A program made the translations under genes and the position numbers. The notes under the pieces were generated by a model. It was not told the origin of the DNA, did not search any database, and was given only the letters and a program-made list of their open reading frames with translations. Shown here piece after piece: positions 1 through 11,006 of a stretch of DNA of 64,000 bases. Within the stretch, counting starts at the first letter, position 1; each line of letters begins with the position of its first letter. This DNA is from an uncultured delta proteobacterium (lineage in GTDB: Bacteria > Desulfobacterota > Zymogenia > Zymogenales > Zymogenaceae), in the NCBI GenBank assembly GCA_963792965.1, contig CAWBYW010000016.1:256001-320000 (forward strand). Reading direction: 5' to 3'.

Positions 1-314
1 ACGTCGAGCGGACAAAAGTGTTGATTCACCTCGTCGACGGCGATCCCCACAACAACCGTAATCCATTTGACGACTACCGCACGCTCAACCGCGAGCTCTC
101 CTCCTATAGCCCGGAACTTGCCGCGAAAGTCCAGATTGTGGCGGTCAGCAAGATGGACATCCCCGGGGCGCGAGAGCGGCTCCCACTCATTTCGGGGCAC
201 TTAGATATTGACATTTTCCCCATTTCTGCTAAAAATGGAGAAGGGGTGGCCGCCCTCCTGTTTGAGGCGGCGCGGCGGCTCTCGGAGATACGGAATACGC
301 AGACCCCCGCATGA
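1..314 (+). CDS. obgE: GTPase ObgE/CgtA, C-terminal part (truncated by window start)
   Basis: VERTKVLIHLVD...LNRELSSYSPELAAKVQIVAVSKMD...ISAKNGEGV (G4/G5 motifs of Obg); obg-proB synteny. Confidence 0.93.
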   Translation, partial: VERTKVLIHLVDGDPHNNRNPFDDYRTLNRELSSYSPELAAKVQIVAVSKMDIPGARERLPLISGHLDIDIFPISAKNGEGVAALLFEAARRLSEIRNTQTPA

Positions 315-1467
315 GTGCGGCGCTAAAGGAGAACAGCCGTCATACGCGAGCCATATCTTAAGAATACGAAACGGGTCGTGATTAAGATCGGGAGCGGTGT
401 GCTGACAGCCCGCGAAGGCCTGGACCTCGAAGTCGTCGAGGGCATCGTTACCCAGATCGCCTCGCTCAAGGGCAGGGGGATCGACGTCGTTATCGTGTCC
501 TCGGGCGCCATTGCGGCGGGCCTCCCCAAGATGGGGTTCGATAAGAAGCCGGCCTCAATCTCTCTCCTGCAGGCGGTCGCCTCCGTCGGCCAGACCTCCC
601 TCATGCGGGCATATGAGCGCTCATTTGAGCGTTTTTCCATCGTGGTCGGGCAGATGCTCCTCACCCACGAAGACCTGAGGAACCGCCATCGCTTCATCAA
701 CGCCCGCAATACCATACTCTCGCTCATCGAGCTCGGCATCATACCGATCATCAACGAAAATGACACCGTCGCGGTGGCCGAGATACACCTCGGCGACAAC
801 GACTATCTGGCCGCCCAGGCGATCAACCTGTGCGGCGCGGACCTTTTCGATCATTCTCACCGATATCGACGGCCTCCATGACAAGGACCCGAGGCTTTTC
901 CCCGATGCCCGGCTCATCCCGCTGGTCAAGAACATCCGGAGGGAGATCAAGGAGCTGGCAAAAGACACGTCCAGCACCATAGGGAAGGGCGGCATGAGGT
1001 CCAAGATCGATGCCGCGGAAATGGCCTCCGTCATGGGGATCCCGACGGTGATCGCCGGTGGGCGGATCCCGCACGTCATCACGAGGATTTTTGACGGCGA
1101 GAGTGTCGGCACCCTCTTCCTCCCGAGACAGGACGGGCTCACGAGCCGCAAACACTGGATCGCCTACACCCTCAAGGCCAAAGGGAGCGTTACGGTCGAT
1201 ACCGGGGCGGTTGTCGCCCTCTCCAAGAGCGGCACGAGCCTTCTCCCCAAAGGGATCATCGAGGTCACGGGGGATTTTCACATCGGCGACCTGATCTCAG
1301 TGGTGGGTCCCGACGGGGTTGAGTTCGCCCGGGGCCTGGTAAACTACAGCGCCAGGGAGATCGGGCAGATCAAGGGTCTCAACACAAAAAGGATCGAGGA
1401 CACCCTCGGATTTAAATATTCCGACGAGGTGATCCACCGGGATAACCTCGTCCTGTTCGGGAGATAG
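311..1467 (+). CDS. proB: Glutamate 5-kinase (two apparent +1 indels, near 330 and 847)
   Basis: VIKIGSGVLT, VSSGAIAAG, IPIINENDTV, GDNDYLA, GGMRSKI and C-terminal PUA domain (EFARGLVNYS...VIHRDNLV) across frames; ATG 311 overlaps obgE stop (ATGA). Confidence 0.93.
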
Positions 1468-1536
1468 AGACGCGGCACCCCGGCGGGGCGATTTTCCAGG
1501 AGACCGTGTTCTCACGGTGACTGAGAGATATATCCT

Positions 1537-2796
1537 ATGTCGATAAAAGATAGCGTGCTAAAAACCGCCCGGGCCGCCCGCGAGGCGTCCCGGCGGTTGG
1601 CAAAGACCGATACGAAAACAAAAAACGCCGCGCTCCTTGCCATGGCCGAGGGGATCGAGTCACGGCGCGGCTATCTTGCGTCCGAAAACGAAAAGGACGT
1701 CAAGGCGGGCCTGCAAAAGGGGCTCTCGCCCGCCCTCATCGACCGGCTCACCCTCTCAGGCCCGGTAATCGATTCGATGGCGGCAAGCCTGTGCGAAGTG
1801 GCGGCGCTGCCCGATCCGGTGGGCGAGGTGACGGGCATGTGGCGGCGGCCCAACGGGTTGCTCGTGGGAAGGCAGCGCATCCCGCTGGGGGTTATCGGGA
1901 TCATCTACGAGGCCCGCCCCAACGTCACCGCCGATGCCGCCGGCCTCTGCCTCAAGAGCCGGAAACGCCGTCGTGCTGAGGGGAGGCTCCGAGGCGATCA
2001 ACTCCAACATCGCGGTGGCCTCCGTCCTGACCGAGGCCGCCCAAAAAAGCGGCATACCCGAGGGATCGATCGGCATGATTTCGATAACCGACCACGCCGC
2101 GGTCGATGAGCTCCTCAAACTGGAAGAGTATATCGACGTCATCATACCCCGTGGCGGCGAGGATCTCATCCGCGCGGGTTGTCGAGGTCTCCCGCATACC
2201 CGTCATCAAGCACTACAAGGGCGTCTGCCACGTCTTCGTCGACGAGACGGCCGACCTCGACATGGCCGCTCGATATCATCATCAACGCCAAGACCCAGCG
2301 GCCCGGCGTCTGCAACGCCGCCGAGACCCTCCTCGTCCACAAAAAGGTCGCGGCGAGCTACCTTCCAAAGGCGGCGGCGGCCCTCATCGAGAGGGGAGTG
2401 GAATTGCGCGGCTGTCCCGAAACGAGAAAACTCGTTCCGGAGGCAACCGAGGCGGCCGAGGACGATTGGTACGCGGAATATCTCGATCTGATCCTGGCGG
2501 TGAAGGTGGTCGGGGGCATCGATGAGGCGATCGCCCACATCGAAAAATACGGCTCGCTCCATACCGAATCGATCGTGACGCGGGACGTAAGAAATGCGCG
2601 ACGGTTTACCGACGAAGTCAATTCCTCCTGCGTCTTCGTCAACGCCTCGACCCGCTTTTCGGATGGATTCGAGCTGGGCCTCGGCGCGGAGATCGGCATC
2701 TCCACTACGAAGCTTCACGCCTTCGGGCCGATGGGGCTTTGTGAGCTTACCACCACAAAATTCATCGCATTCGGGGACGGACAGGTCAGGTCATAG
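1537..2796 (+). CDS. proA: Gamma-glutamyl phosphate reductase (three apparent +1 indels, near 1960, 2177, 2267)
   Basis: [76 protein letters not shown] across four successive frames. Confidence 0.95.
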
Positions 2797-2808
2797 GTGG
2801 GACGTGGG

Positions 2809-3472
2809 ATGAGGAGCATTTCGGGCATCAAGCGGCTCGGGCTTATCGGTGGAACTTTTAATCCCATCCATCTCGGCCACCTCAGGAGCGCCGAGGAAGT
2901 GGCCGACGCGTTCGAGCTCGAGCGCGTCATATTCATCGTCTCGGCGACGCCGCCCCATAAGGGACGACACGGTATTATCGATGTCGAACACCGATACCGG
3001 ATGGTTCGGCGCGCCGTGGAGAAAAATCCGCGGTTTTTCGCCTCCGATCTCGAGATCAAGCGGGGCGGGTAAATCCTACACCGTCGATACCCTGAGATAC
3101 TTCCGAAATCGGCTGGGTCCGGCCGCCGATATCTATTTCATCCTGGGACTGGACGCCTTTCGGGAGATCACGACGTGGAGGGAGTATCGGGAGCTCTTCG
3201 GCCTTGCCCACTTCATCGTGACCGACCGTCCCTTTGAGCATAACAAGGATCCGCAGATGATCCTCCCCCCGGAATTGGCCACGCTTTTTCAGCGGCCCGA
3301 GAAGGGGTATTGTGAGCACGTGAGCGGCATGCGGCTCTATTTTCACGACATAACGGCCCTCGATATTTCGGCGACCATAATCAGGAACCTCGTGAAGCAG
3401 AACAAGTCTATCAGGTATCTCGTCCCCGACACGATACGGCGCTATATCGAACAGAAAGGTCTCTACCGCTGA
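2809..3472 (+). CDS. nadD: Nicotinate-nucleotide adenylyltransferase (+1 indel near 3068)
   Basis: GGTFNPIHLGHL, PPHK, SYTVDTL, FILGLDAF, ISATIIR motifs. Confidence 0.95.
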
Positions 3473-3486
3473 AAGACACGACGAAA

Positions 3487-3852
3487 TTGGGTCCGGAATC
3501 GTTTGTCCCGGTGGTCCTGGAACGGAAGGTTAAGGACCTCATCGTCCTTGACGTACGCACATTCTCCAGCTTCACCGACTACATCATTATCATGACGGGC
3601 ACCTCCGACCTTCACGTGATCCGGACTGCGCAATATATACAGGAGAAGCTCCAGGAAAAGGACATCCGCCCGCTCGGCGTCGAGGGGATAGCCGAAGGAC
3701 GGTGGGTCCTCCTCGATTACGGCGAGGTGGTCATCCACATCTTCCTGGAGACGGTCAGGCTCTTTTACGACCTCGAGGGCCTCTGGCACGACGTCCCGAA
3801 AAAAAGGTACGACGAAGAGGGCAGGGTCGTTGCCGGCGACCACCGCAGATAG
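3487..3852 (+). CDS. rsfS: Ribosome silencing factor RsfS (Iojap)
   Basis: DLIVLDV..FTDY, WVLLDYGEVVIHIF, FYDLEGLW; follows nadD; start uncertain. Confidence 0.93.
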   Translation: MGPESFVPVVLERKVKDLIVLDVRTFSSFTDYIIIMTGTSDLHVIRTAQYIQEKLQEKDIRPLGVEGIAEGRWVLLDYGEVVIHIFLETVRLFYDLEGLWHDVPKKRYDEEGRVVAGDHRR

Positions 3853-4132
3853 GGCCGCCATATCCCTCTTTATCGTGCCTGACATCGGAGAAATGATATA
3901 CGGCCCGGAGAGCGTTGACTGCTTGGTGGCGCCGATCATCAAAAAGGCGTGCCGTCGTCTTTCCCCTCAAGCGAGGCAACGCGCCAACCCGGCGCGATGG
4001 GGCGCCCAACGGTTTGAGCTTCACAGACGGGCTCGGGAGAATCCTGCCAAATAGGATCTTCCGATTTTCAATTTCAGTTTGAGCTACGATTCGTGCGCGT
4101 ACCTTCATCGTCGCACGGTCTCGGTGACCGAC

Positions 4133-5673
4133 ATGGTAAAAAAAGGGATTCTCCTCATCATCATGGATGGATGGGGGATTCGAAAAGAGACCGATTTCAA
4201 CGCCATCGCCCAGGCGGACACCCCCGTTATCGATCATCTCATGGAGCACTATCCCTCGACTCTTCTTTCGGCAAGCGGACAGGCCGTGGGACTCCCCGAT
4301 GGACAGATGGGCAACAGCGAGGTCGGTCACCTGAACCTCGGCGCCGGCAGGGTCGTCTATCAGGATTACACCAGGATAAACAAGGCCGTCGCCGACGGGG
4401 ACTTTTCTAAGAATGGGGCGCTCCTTGCCCTTTTTGACTCGGTGAAAAAGAGCGGCGGCGCGCTCCACCTGATGGGACTCCTCTCCGACGGCGGTGTCCA
4501 CAGCCACATCAGCCATATCTTCGCCGCCGCAAGCGCGGCAAAAGAAAACGGGATAGATCGACTCTTTTTTCACGCCCTCCTCGACGGCCGGGATACCCCT
4601 CCCACCAGCGGGGCGGGATATATGCAAGAGCTCGTCGCCTTCCTGGCGAAGATCGGCACGGGCCGGGTGGCAAGCCTTCAGGGTCGTTTTTTCGGCATGG
4701 ACCGCGACAAGCGCTGGGAGCGCGTCAGGCAGGGCTTTGAGGCCGTCGTGCTCGGAAAGGGAGATACCGCCGCCGAGCCGGTGGCCGCGATCCGGGCCGC
4801 CTATGCGAGGGGCCAGACCGATGAATTCATCACCCCCACGGTGATTATGGATGGCGGCGGTCCGGTCGGCGTCGTGAATGACGGCGACGGCGTCTTTTTC
4901 ATCAATTTCCGGGCCGACCGGGCCAGGGAGATCACGCGGGCAATCGCGCTGCCCGATTTTACCGAGTTTGCCCGGGAAAAGGCGCCGAGCCTGTCCGGAT
5001 ACCTCACCATGACCCAGTACGATGAGACATTTCCGTTTCCGGTCGCCTTTCCTCCCCAGACGCTGAAAAAGATCCTCGGCGAGCTCTGTGCCGACCGGGG
5101 AGAGCCGCAGCTCAGGATCGCCGAGACCGAAAAATATGCGCACGTGACCTTCTTTTTCTCCGGCGGCGAGGAGCGGCTCTTTCCCAAGGGAAGACCGCAT
5201 CCTTGTTCCCTCGCCGAAGGACGTCCCAACCTATGATAAGAAAGCCCGAGATGAGCGCCTATGAGCTCACCGACCGCCTCGTAGCCGAGATACGGAAATC
5301 TCTGTACGGGCTCATCGTGCTGAACTATGCCAATCCTGACATGGTGGGGCACACCGGCGTCATGGAGGCGGCGGTGAAAGCCGTCGAGACGGTGGACAGG
5401 TGCGTCGGCCGGGTCGTCGACGAGGCAAAACGGGCGGGCTATTCGGTCCTGATCACCGCCGATCACGGCAACGCAGAGGAGATGTGGGACTATAAGAACA
5501 ACGAGCCACATACCGCCCACACCACCAACCCTGTCCCCCTGATACTGGTCGACGATGACTACGCCAAACGGTCGCTTGCCGAGGGCATACTTGCCGATGT
5601 CGCGCCGACGATCATCATGATCCTTGGGGCGCACAAGCCCGAAGAGATGACGGGAAGGTCCCTGATCATATGA
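4133..5673 (+). CDS. gpmI: 2,3-BPG-independent phosphoglycerate mutase (two +1 indels, near 5188 and 5242)
   Basis: IMDGWG, VGLPDGQMGNSEVGHLN, SDGGVHSH, DGRD, NFRADR, AETEKYAHVTFF, NPDMVGHTG, TADHGNAE. Confidence 0.96.
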
Positions 5674-5699
5674 ATAAGTCCTTTTCTTAGGAACGGTCC

Positions 5700-8537
5700 G
5701 TGAGCAAAGAAGTGAATACGGGCGGTGACGTACCTCAGGAGATATCGGCCCTCACCGATGAGCTGGCCCGGGCGCGGCGAGAGATTGAAGACTACAAGCT
5801 CATCAATGAGAAGCTTATCGATGTGATGCTGGATCCGGCCGATATTGTCAACGAGACGTACGACATCGTGTTTCAAAACAGCGCCTCCGTCCGGACGTTC
5901 GGGCGTGCCGGCTCAAAAAAGTGCTATGAGTTTTATCGCCGCAGCGACTCCCCCTGCCCCTGGTGTACCGCCGTCAAATCGATCCGGGAAAAGAAGAGCT
6001 TCCATCGGGAGGTCACGCTCGATGACGGGACCTTTCTCGAGATCCATTCGATCCCCCTCCCCATGCCTGGCGGCGGCACAGTGAGCCTCGAGGTCGCCAG
6101 GGATGTCACGAAGAGTAAGAAAAGCGAGTTCGAGATCAGAGATCAGACCAGGAAGCTTGAGGTCCTCAACCAAATAATCCTGTCGGCCAACCGCGCCGAA
6201 GACCTTCCGTCGCTGCTGGAGGAAATCCTCATCTCCACAATTAAGCTCATGGGCCTGGACAGCGGCGGTGTCTATCTCGTCAACGAGAGCTCCGACTTTG
6301 CCGAGATCGTCGCGAGCTCCGGGCTGTCGGAAGAAATGCTGGCCGACCTCAAAAAGGTGAGAATTTCCGAGGCTCCGTTTGACATCGTCTTCCTTAAGAA
6401 AGAGACGCTGGTCTTCAACAACCACGAGGCCTTCTCCTCACACATGACGTCCCGTCCCGAGATCCGGTCGCTGGCCGGTATTCCCCTCCTTTCAAAGGAC
6501 CGCGTGATCGGCGCCCTGAACGTCGGCAGCAACAGGGAGGGATTCTTCACGGACCAGGTCAGGGACATCCTCTCGTCGATCGGGCGCGAGATCGGCACCG
6601 TCGTCGCCAGGATGCGCGCCGAGGCGGCGCTCAAAGAGCGGGAGGAGAAATGGAGGAGCCTCTTTGAGAACTCCATCGAGTCGGTCTTTACCGTGGATCT
6701 CTACGGCAATATCACGGCCGCCAACGCGGCCCTGGCCCAGATGTCGGGATATTTGAGGGAGGAGCTCATTGGGTCGAACTTCGCCAAGTATTGCGCCCCC
6801 GAAACGGCCGATGATATCTATAGAAACTATAACACACTTTTCAAATCCGGCGTCCCGATTAACAGCTTCTGTTATACCATGCTCAGAAAAGACGGCCGTG
6901 AGCGAATGGTCGAGGGCTACGTGACCATGTTGAGACACCGCGATCGAATCGTCGGGTTTCAGGGAACCCTCAGGGACATCACCGAGCGGCTCCGGGCAGA
7001 GGAAGCCCTCGCCGAGGAGAAGGAGCGACTGGCCGTGACACTGCGCAGCATCGGCGACGGTGTCATCACCACCGATATCGAGGGCAACGTCGTCCTCATA
7101 AATCGCGCGGCGGAGCTTCTGACCGGGTTCGGTCAGAGCGAGGCGGCCGGCCTGCCCATTGAGACAGTATTTCACATCATCAATGAACAAACCCGCAAGC
7201 CCTGCGATAACCCCGCGCAAAAAATCATCGACAGCGCCGGGATGATCGAGCTGGATACCGACACGGTGCTCATCGCCAGAGACGGGACCGAAAGGATCAT
7301 CGCGGACAGCGGATCACCCATCAAGGACAGGAGCAGCAATATCATCGGCGTCGTGCTGGTCTTTCGCGACGTAACCGAAAAGAAGAAAATCGACGACGAG
7401 CTCAGAAAAACCCAGAAGCTCGAATCCCTCGGGACGCTGGCCGGAGGGATTGCCCACGACTATAACAATATACTCACCGCCATCCTTGCCAACATCTCGC
7501 TGGCAAAGATGTACGCTCAAAAGGGCGACAAGGTCTCAGATCGCCTGGACAAAATGGAGAATGCCGCAATCATGGCAAGCCGCCTCACGCAGCAGCTCCT
7601 CACCTTCTCCCGCGGCGGCGCCCCCGTCAAGGAGCTGATCTCGATCGGTGAGCTCATCAAAGACTCGACGAGCTTTGCCCTCGGCGGCACCAACGTGAGG
7701 TGCGAGTTTCAGATCGAGCAAGACCTCTGGCCCGTCAGCGCCGACGTGGGACAGATCAGCCAGGTCATCAACAACATCGTCATCAATGCGCACCAGGCCA
7801 TGCCGTCGGGCGGCTCGGTCCGGGTGGGCGCGCGGAACGTCACGATCACCGACCAGGACCCCTTTCCGATACCGGTGGGGCGCTACCTGCTGCTTTCCAT
7901 CGCCGATGAGGGGGTCGGGATATCGCCGAAAAATCTCGACAAGATATTCGACCCCTTTTTTACCACCAAACAAAAGGGAAGCGGCTTGGGGCTCTCCATA
8001 TCCTACTCGATCGTGAAGAACCACGACGGGCATATCGTCGTCCAGTCGAAAGAAGGCCACGGGACCACCTTTCATATCTATCTGCCCGCCTCCGACGGGA
8101 GGCAGGCCGAAAAGGCGGCGGACCTCAAGAAGCCCTTGACGGGCCGGGGAAAGATCCTCGTGATGGACGATGAGGCAGGCGTCAGGGATGTCGTGTCGAT
8201 GATGCTGGGGACCCTCGGCTACGAGACCGAAACGGCCCAGGAAGGGCAGGTGGCCGTCGAGCTATTCGAGAAGGCGGCCCGGGCCCGGCGGCCCTTTGAC
8301 CTCGTCATTATGGATCTGACCATAAAGGGAGGTATGGGCGGGCTGGAGACACTGGAGAGGCTGCAACGGATCGATCCTTCCGTCAGGGCGGTCGTGTCCA
8401 GCGGCTATTCCAACGACCCGATCATGGCCGACTTCCGCCGGCATGGGTTTGTCGGGGTGCTGGCAAAGCCCTATAAGATCACCACGCTCAGCGAGCTGCT
8501 CGACAGGATCCTCGAACGCGGGCAAACCGACAGCTGA
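5700..8537 (+). CDS. Cytoplasmic hybrid sensor histidine kinase (PAS-GAF-PAS-PAS-HisKA-HATPase-REC)
   Basis: LAGGIAHDYNN H-box, DEGVGI, FDPFFTTK, GSGLGL, C-terminal receiver ILVMDDE...IMDLT...KP; several PAS ends (RDIT/RDVT). Confidence 0.93.
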   Translation: MSKEVNTGGDVPQEISALTDELARARREIEDYKLINEKLIDVMLDPADIVNETYDIVFQNSASVRTFGRAGSKKCYEFYRRSDSPCPWCTAVKSIREKKSFHREVTLDDGTFLEIHSIPLPMPGGGTVSLEVARDVTKSKKSEFEIRDQTRKLEVLNQIILSANRAEDLPSLLEEILISTIKLMGLDSGGVYLVNESSDFAEIVASSGLSEEMLADLKKVRISEAPFDIVFLKKETLVFNNHEAFSSHMTSRPEIRSLAGIPLLSKDRVIGALNVGSNREGFFTDQVRDILSSIGREIGTVVARMRAEAALKEREEKWRSLFENSIESVFTVDLYGNITAANAALAQMSGYLREELIGSNFAKYCAPETADDIYRNYNTLFKSGVPINSFCYTMLRKDGRERMVEGYVTMLRHRDRIVGFQGTLRDITERLRAEEALAEEKERLAVTLRSIGDGVITTDIEGNVVLINRAAELLTGFGQSEAAGLPIETVFHIINEQTRKPCDNPAQKIIDSAGMIELDTDTVLIARDGTERIIADSGSPIKDRSSNIIGVVLVFRDVTEKKKIDDELRKTQKLESLGTLAGGIAHDYNNILTAILANISLAKMYAQKGDKVSDRLDKMENAAIMASRLTQQLLTFSRGGAPVKELISIGELIKDSTSFALGGTNVRCEFQIEQDLWPVSADVGQISQVINNIVINAHQAMPSGGSVRVGARNVTITDQDPFPIPVGRYLLLSIADEGVGISPKNLDKIFDPFFTTKQKGSGLGLSISYSIVKNHDGHIVVQSKEGHGTTFHIYLPASDGRQAEKAADLKKPLTGRGKILVMDDEAGVRDVVSMMLGTLGYETETAQEGQVAVELFEKAARARRPFDLVIMDLTIKGGMGGLETLERLQRIDPSVRAVVSSGYSNDPIMADFRRHGFVGVLAKPYKITTLSELLDRILERGQTDS

Positions 8538-8696
8538 GCCCGAACCCGCCACATTCTTCCCGACGAACCTGAAACGGTATCGCGATAAGCCCCGCTCGGG
8601 GGAGAACGGCGGTGGTGCGCCCTGCGCCCTATACCGACGTGAGCCCTGCATAGTGTGATCCAAGGTCGATGGGGGGGAAGGTTTCACACAGAGGAT

Positions 8697-9395
8697 TTAG
8701 CGATCGGCGTAGCGGTCGAGATATCCGTTGATGTAGGCAATGGCCCGCTCTTTCGGCTGATAGACCCCGAAATGCCCTTCGCAGAGGATATCGGGTGCCA
8801 GCGCGACGAGTTCCTCCATCGAGGAGCGCCATTGGTCGATGTCCGAGCCGAATATCTCCATGAACGGGCCGTGGACATCCTGTGCGAAGAGGATTCGCTT
8901 TCCTCCGAGGTCAATCCAGGGTGAGATGGAGCCGGGCGTATGTCCGGGGGTGTGGAGCAACACGAGAGTATCGCCCCCGATTTCGATGCGGTGTTCGTGC
9001 CGGGCAAACGTCACGTCCACCGTGGTGGGACGAAAGTTCACGCCGTACATCCGCGCGGCGGTCGCCGTGCCGTCTCCCGACCGCACGGCCGCGGCGTCGA
9101 GCTCGTGCATGATAAGCGCCACGCCATATTTTTTCTTGAGATAGGGCGCGCCCCCGATGTGATCGATATGATTGTGGGTAAGCACAACCTTCTTGATCTC
9201 CCTCGGGTCGACGCCCGCCGTCCGGATATTTTCGAGGATTTCTTCGATGGAGTCACCCGCGCCCGTATCGACGAGGATGGGCTCTGAAAGGACCAGCAGG
9301 AAGGCCGAGGCGTCCCCGCCCCCGGTCACATCGTCGCCCGCGACCATATAGACCTTGTCGGAGATCATCAGGTCTTCTTTTCGGTAGCGTGCCAT
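8697..9395 (-). CDS. MBL-fold metallo-hydrolase
   Basis: LVDTG, THNHIDHIGG, HTPGHTPGS, CEGH. Confidence 0.9.
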   Translation of the reverse strand: MARYRKEDLMISDKVYMVAGDDVTGGGDASAFLLVLSEPILVDTGAGDSIEEILENIRTAGVDPREIKKVVLTHNHIDHIGGAPYLKKKYGVALIMHELDAAAVRSGDGTATAARMYGVNFRPTTVDVTFARHEHRIEIGGDTLVLLHTPGHTPGSISPWIDLGGKRILFAQDVHGPFMEIFGSDIDQWRSSMEELVALAPDILCEGHFGVYQPKERAIAYINGYLDRYADR

Positions 9396-9436
9396 AGCTA
9401 TTCGGTTTCCGTCCCTCGGGGCCGCGGTCTCCCCGA

Positions 9437-9928
9437 TCAGTGGGTTGCGCGCGCCAACACGGGGTACTCCTTCAGAATTTCCTCAATCCCGCGGATGAAG
9501 AGGTCCAGCGCCTGAAACTCAAGGTCCATCTCCAGGGCGCTCGAGGCGACGCCCTCGTCGGTAAAGATATTGATCTCGACCCGTCCGACGATATCTTCCT
9601 CTCCCGGCTCCGGCGCCTGCAGATTTATGTAGATGACGGGCTCCCGAAAGGAAGACTCGACGTTGATCACGTGCCCCATGGAAAAGCTCCTGAGCTCCAG
9701 CAGAAAGGCCTCAAGCTCGTCGACCCTGATGCACGGATCGGTTATCTCCGCCTTCAGTCCCTTCATCGCCAGTGAGGCCGAAAAGAGGATCCAGTTTCCA
9801 TCCCAGTAATCATTGATGTCGGGAAATTCTCTTCCGACCGCCTGAAGGAGAAATGAGGCGGATCGATTCTTGAAGACGAGACGCGCACTCGGTAGGTTCC
9901 GGATCGGTGTTTTCAATAATGATACCAT
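9437..9928 (-). CDS. Conserved hypothetical protein, WapI-like immunity family (tentative)
   Basis: REFPD..DYWDGNWI...DELEAF motif; codon usage like neighbours; start uncertain. Confidence 0.55.
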   Translation of the reverse strand: MVSLLKTPIRNLPSARLVFKNRSASFLLQAVGREFPDINDYWDGNWILFSASLAMKGLKAEITDPCIRVDELEAFLLELRSFSMGHVINVESSFREPVIYINLQAPEPGEEDIVGRVEINIFTDEGVASSALEMDLEFQALDLFIRGIEEILKEYPVLARATH

Positions 9929-9987
9929 ATGAAGACGGGGGGCCGTCGGCCCCCCGCCGTTTCACTCGTGACTATCGGACGTCTGGG

Positions 9988-10668
9988 TTACGCCTTGGGC
10001 TTTGCCGCGGCCCCAAACGCCCCGGAGCAGGCCATGCCGAACAGGGTCATGAAGACGAGAATGAGGTAGAACAGGGCCAGGACGTAGATGAGCCATCCGA
10101 TGATGGGGATCATCATAATGATACCTAAGACGATGAAGACACCGATGCCGATTACGACCACCAGGATGTAGTCGCCGATCACCTTGAAGATGTTCCCGAT
10201 GATTTCGCCGAACTTGAAGATCGACCCGAAATCCTCCTTATTCTTGGCGTAGACAGCCAAGACCATGGGGAGCATCAAATAGGCTATGATGGCCAGGACG
10301 CCGCCGACGAATGCCAAGAGCCCGCCGATGGCATAGAGGCCGACCGCCGAGGTGCCCATTGCGCTGTTGATGGCAGCTTTGGAGAATAGGCCCATGCCGA
10401 TGGCAAGAAGCACGATGGGGATGATGACATAAATAATCCCAATGACTGCGACCAGAAGGCCCTGGACAAAGTAACCACCCCAGTCGTCCCACTCGGGGAG
10501 GGCCGGCTCTTCACTGTTGAGGGTCTTCTTGAAGACTTTGTAGGCATACCCGACGGAAAAGAAATTAACGATCGGGATGATGCCTAAAACCGTCCCGATG
10601 ATGAGCTTGACCACCCAATTCTGGTCGCTGAACGGAAACTTAAAGCCCTTAGCAATATCTAAAGCCAT
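9988..10668 (-). CDS. DUF4013 family membrane protein (paralog 1)
   Basis: FKFPFSD..W..K..IG..L..IPIVNF...GY...LPEWDDWG..F..G signature; AAGGAGG RBS. Confidence 0.85.
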   Translation of the reverse strand: MALDIAKGFKFPFSDQNWVVKLIIGTVLGIIPIVNFFSVGYAYKVFKKTLNSEEPALPEWDDWGGYFVQGLLVAVIGIIYVIIPIVLLAIGMGLFSKAAINSAMGTSAVGLYAIGGLLAFVGGVLAIIAYLMLPMVLAVYAKNKEDFGSIFKFGEIIGNIFKVIGDYILVVVIGIGVFIVLGIIMMIPIIGWLIYVLALFYLILVFMTLFGMACSGAFGAAAKPKA

Positions 10669-10751
10669 AGTTTACCTCCTTGTAATAAATCTGCCATTAG
10701 TATACCATAGTTTTCTTTTTTTGAAGTATAAAATAAACTGCCTTAAAAGGA

Positions 10752-10770
10752 GGTGATATAAATCACATTT
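10752..10770. promoter_or_regulatory. CRP/FNR-family-like site in divergent DUF4013/tmk intergenic region
   Basis: GGTGA-N6-TCACATTT versus CRP consensus TGTGA-N6-TCACA; minus-strand TG-n-TATACT -10 at 10699-10707. Confidence 0.5.
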
Positions 10771-11006
10771 CAGCGGGTGGCGTTCTTTATCTGATTCCGG
10801 CCGGTCCAAAGCGGTAGTTTCAACCTTAAATGACCGTAACACACGGGACTTCTGTCGTATTCATCGGCGCAGCCATCAGCAAGCCGAGTGGCATTGCATC
10901 TTACTTCTTGCCTATTTTCATGGAGCAAGGATCTACGCCGGTGACCCCAAAACTTCCTTTACGGAGGTTCCGGTTTCATGATATTAAGAAGAGGGAGGTT
11001 GCACCC

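Noticed and set aside
342-344. Non-canonical ATA start for proB after AAGGAG
   Set aside because: Removing one A near 330 links ATG 311 (ATGA-coupled to obgE) in frame, matching the local error pattern.
3853-4132. Gap between rsfS and gpmI where rlmH or a tRNA often lies
   Set aside because: No RlmH motifs or cloverleaf found; the 74-aa ORF is unconvincing.
311-5673. Programmed frameshifting or pseudogenisation of proB/proA/nadD/gpmI
   Set aside because: No slippery heptamers or stimulators, no other decay, and dense +1 events; fits sequencing error.
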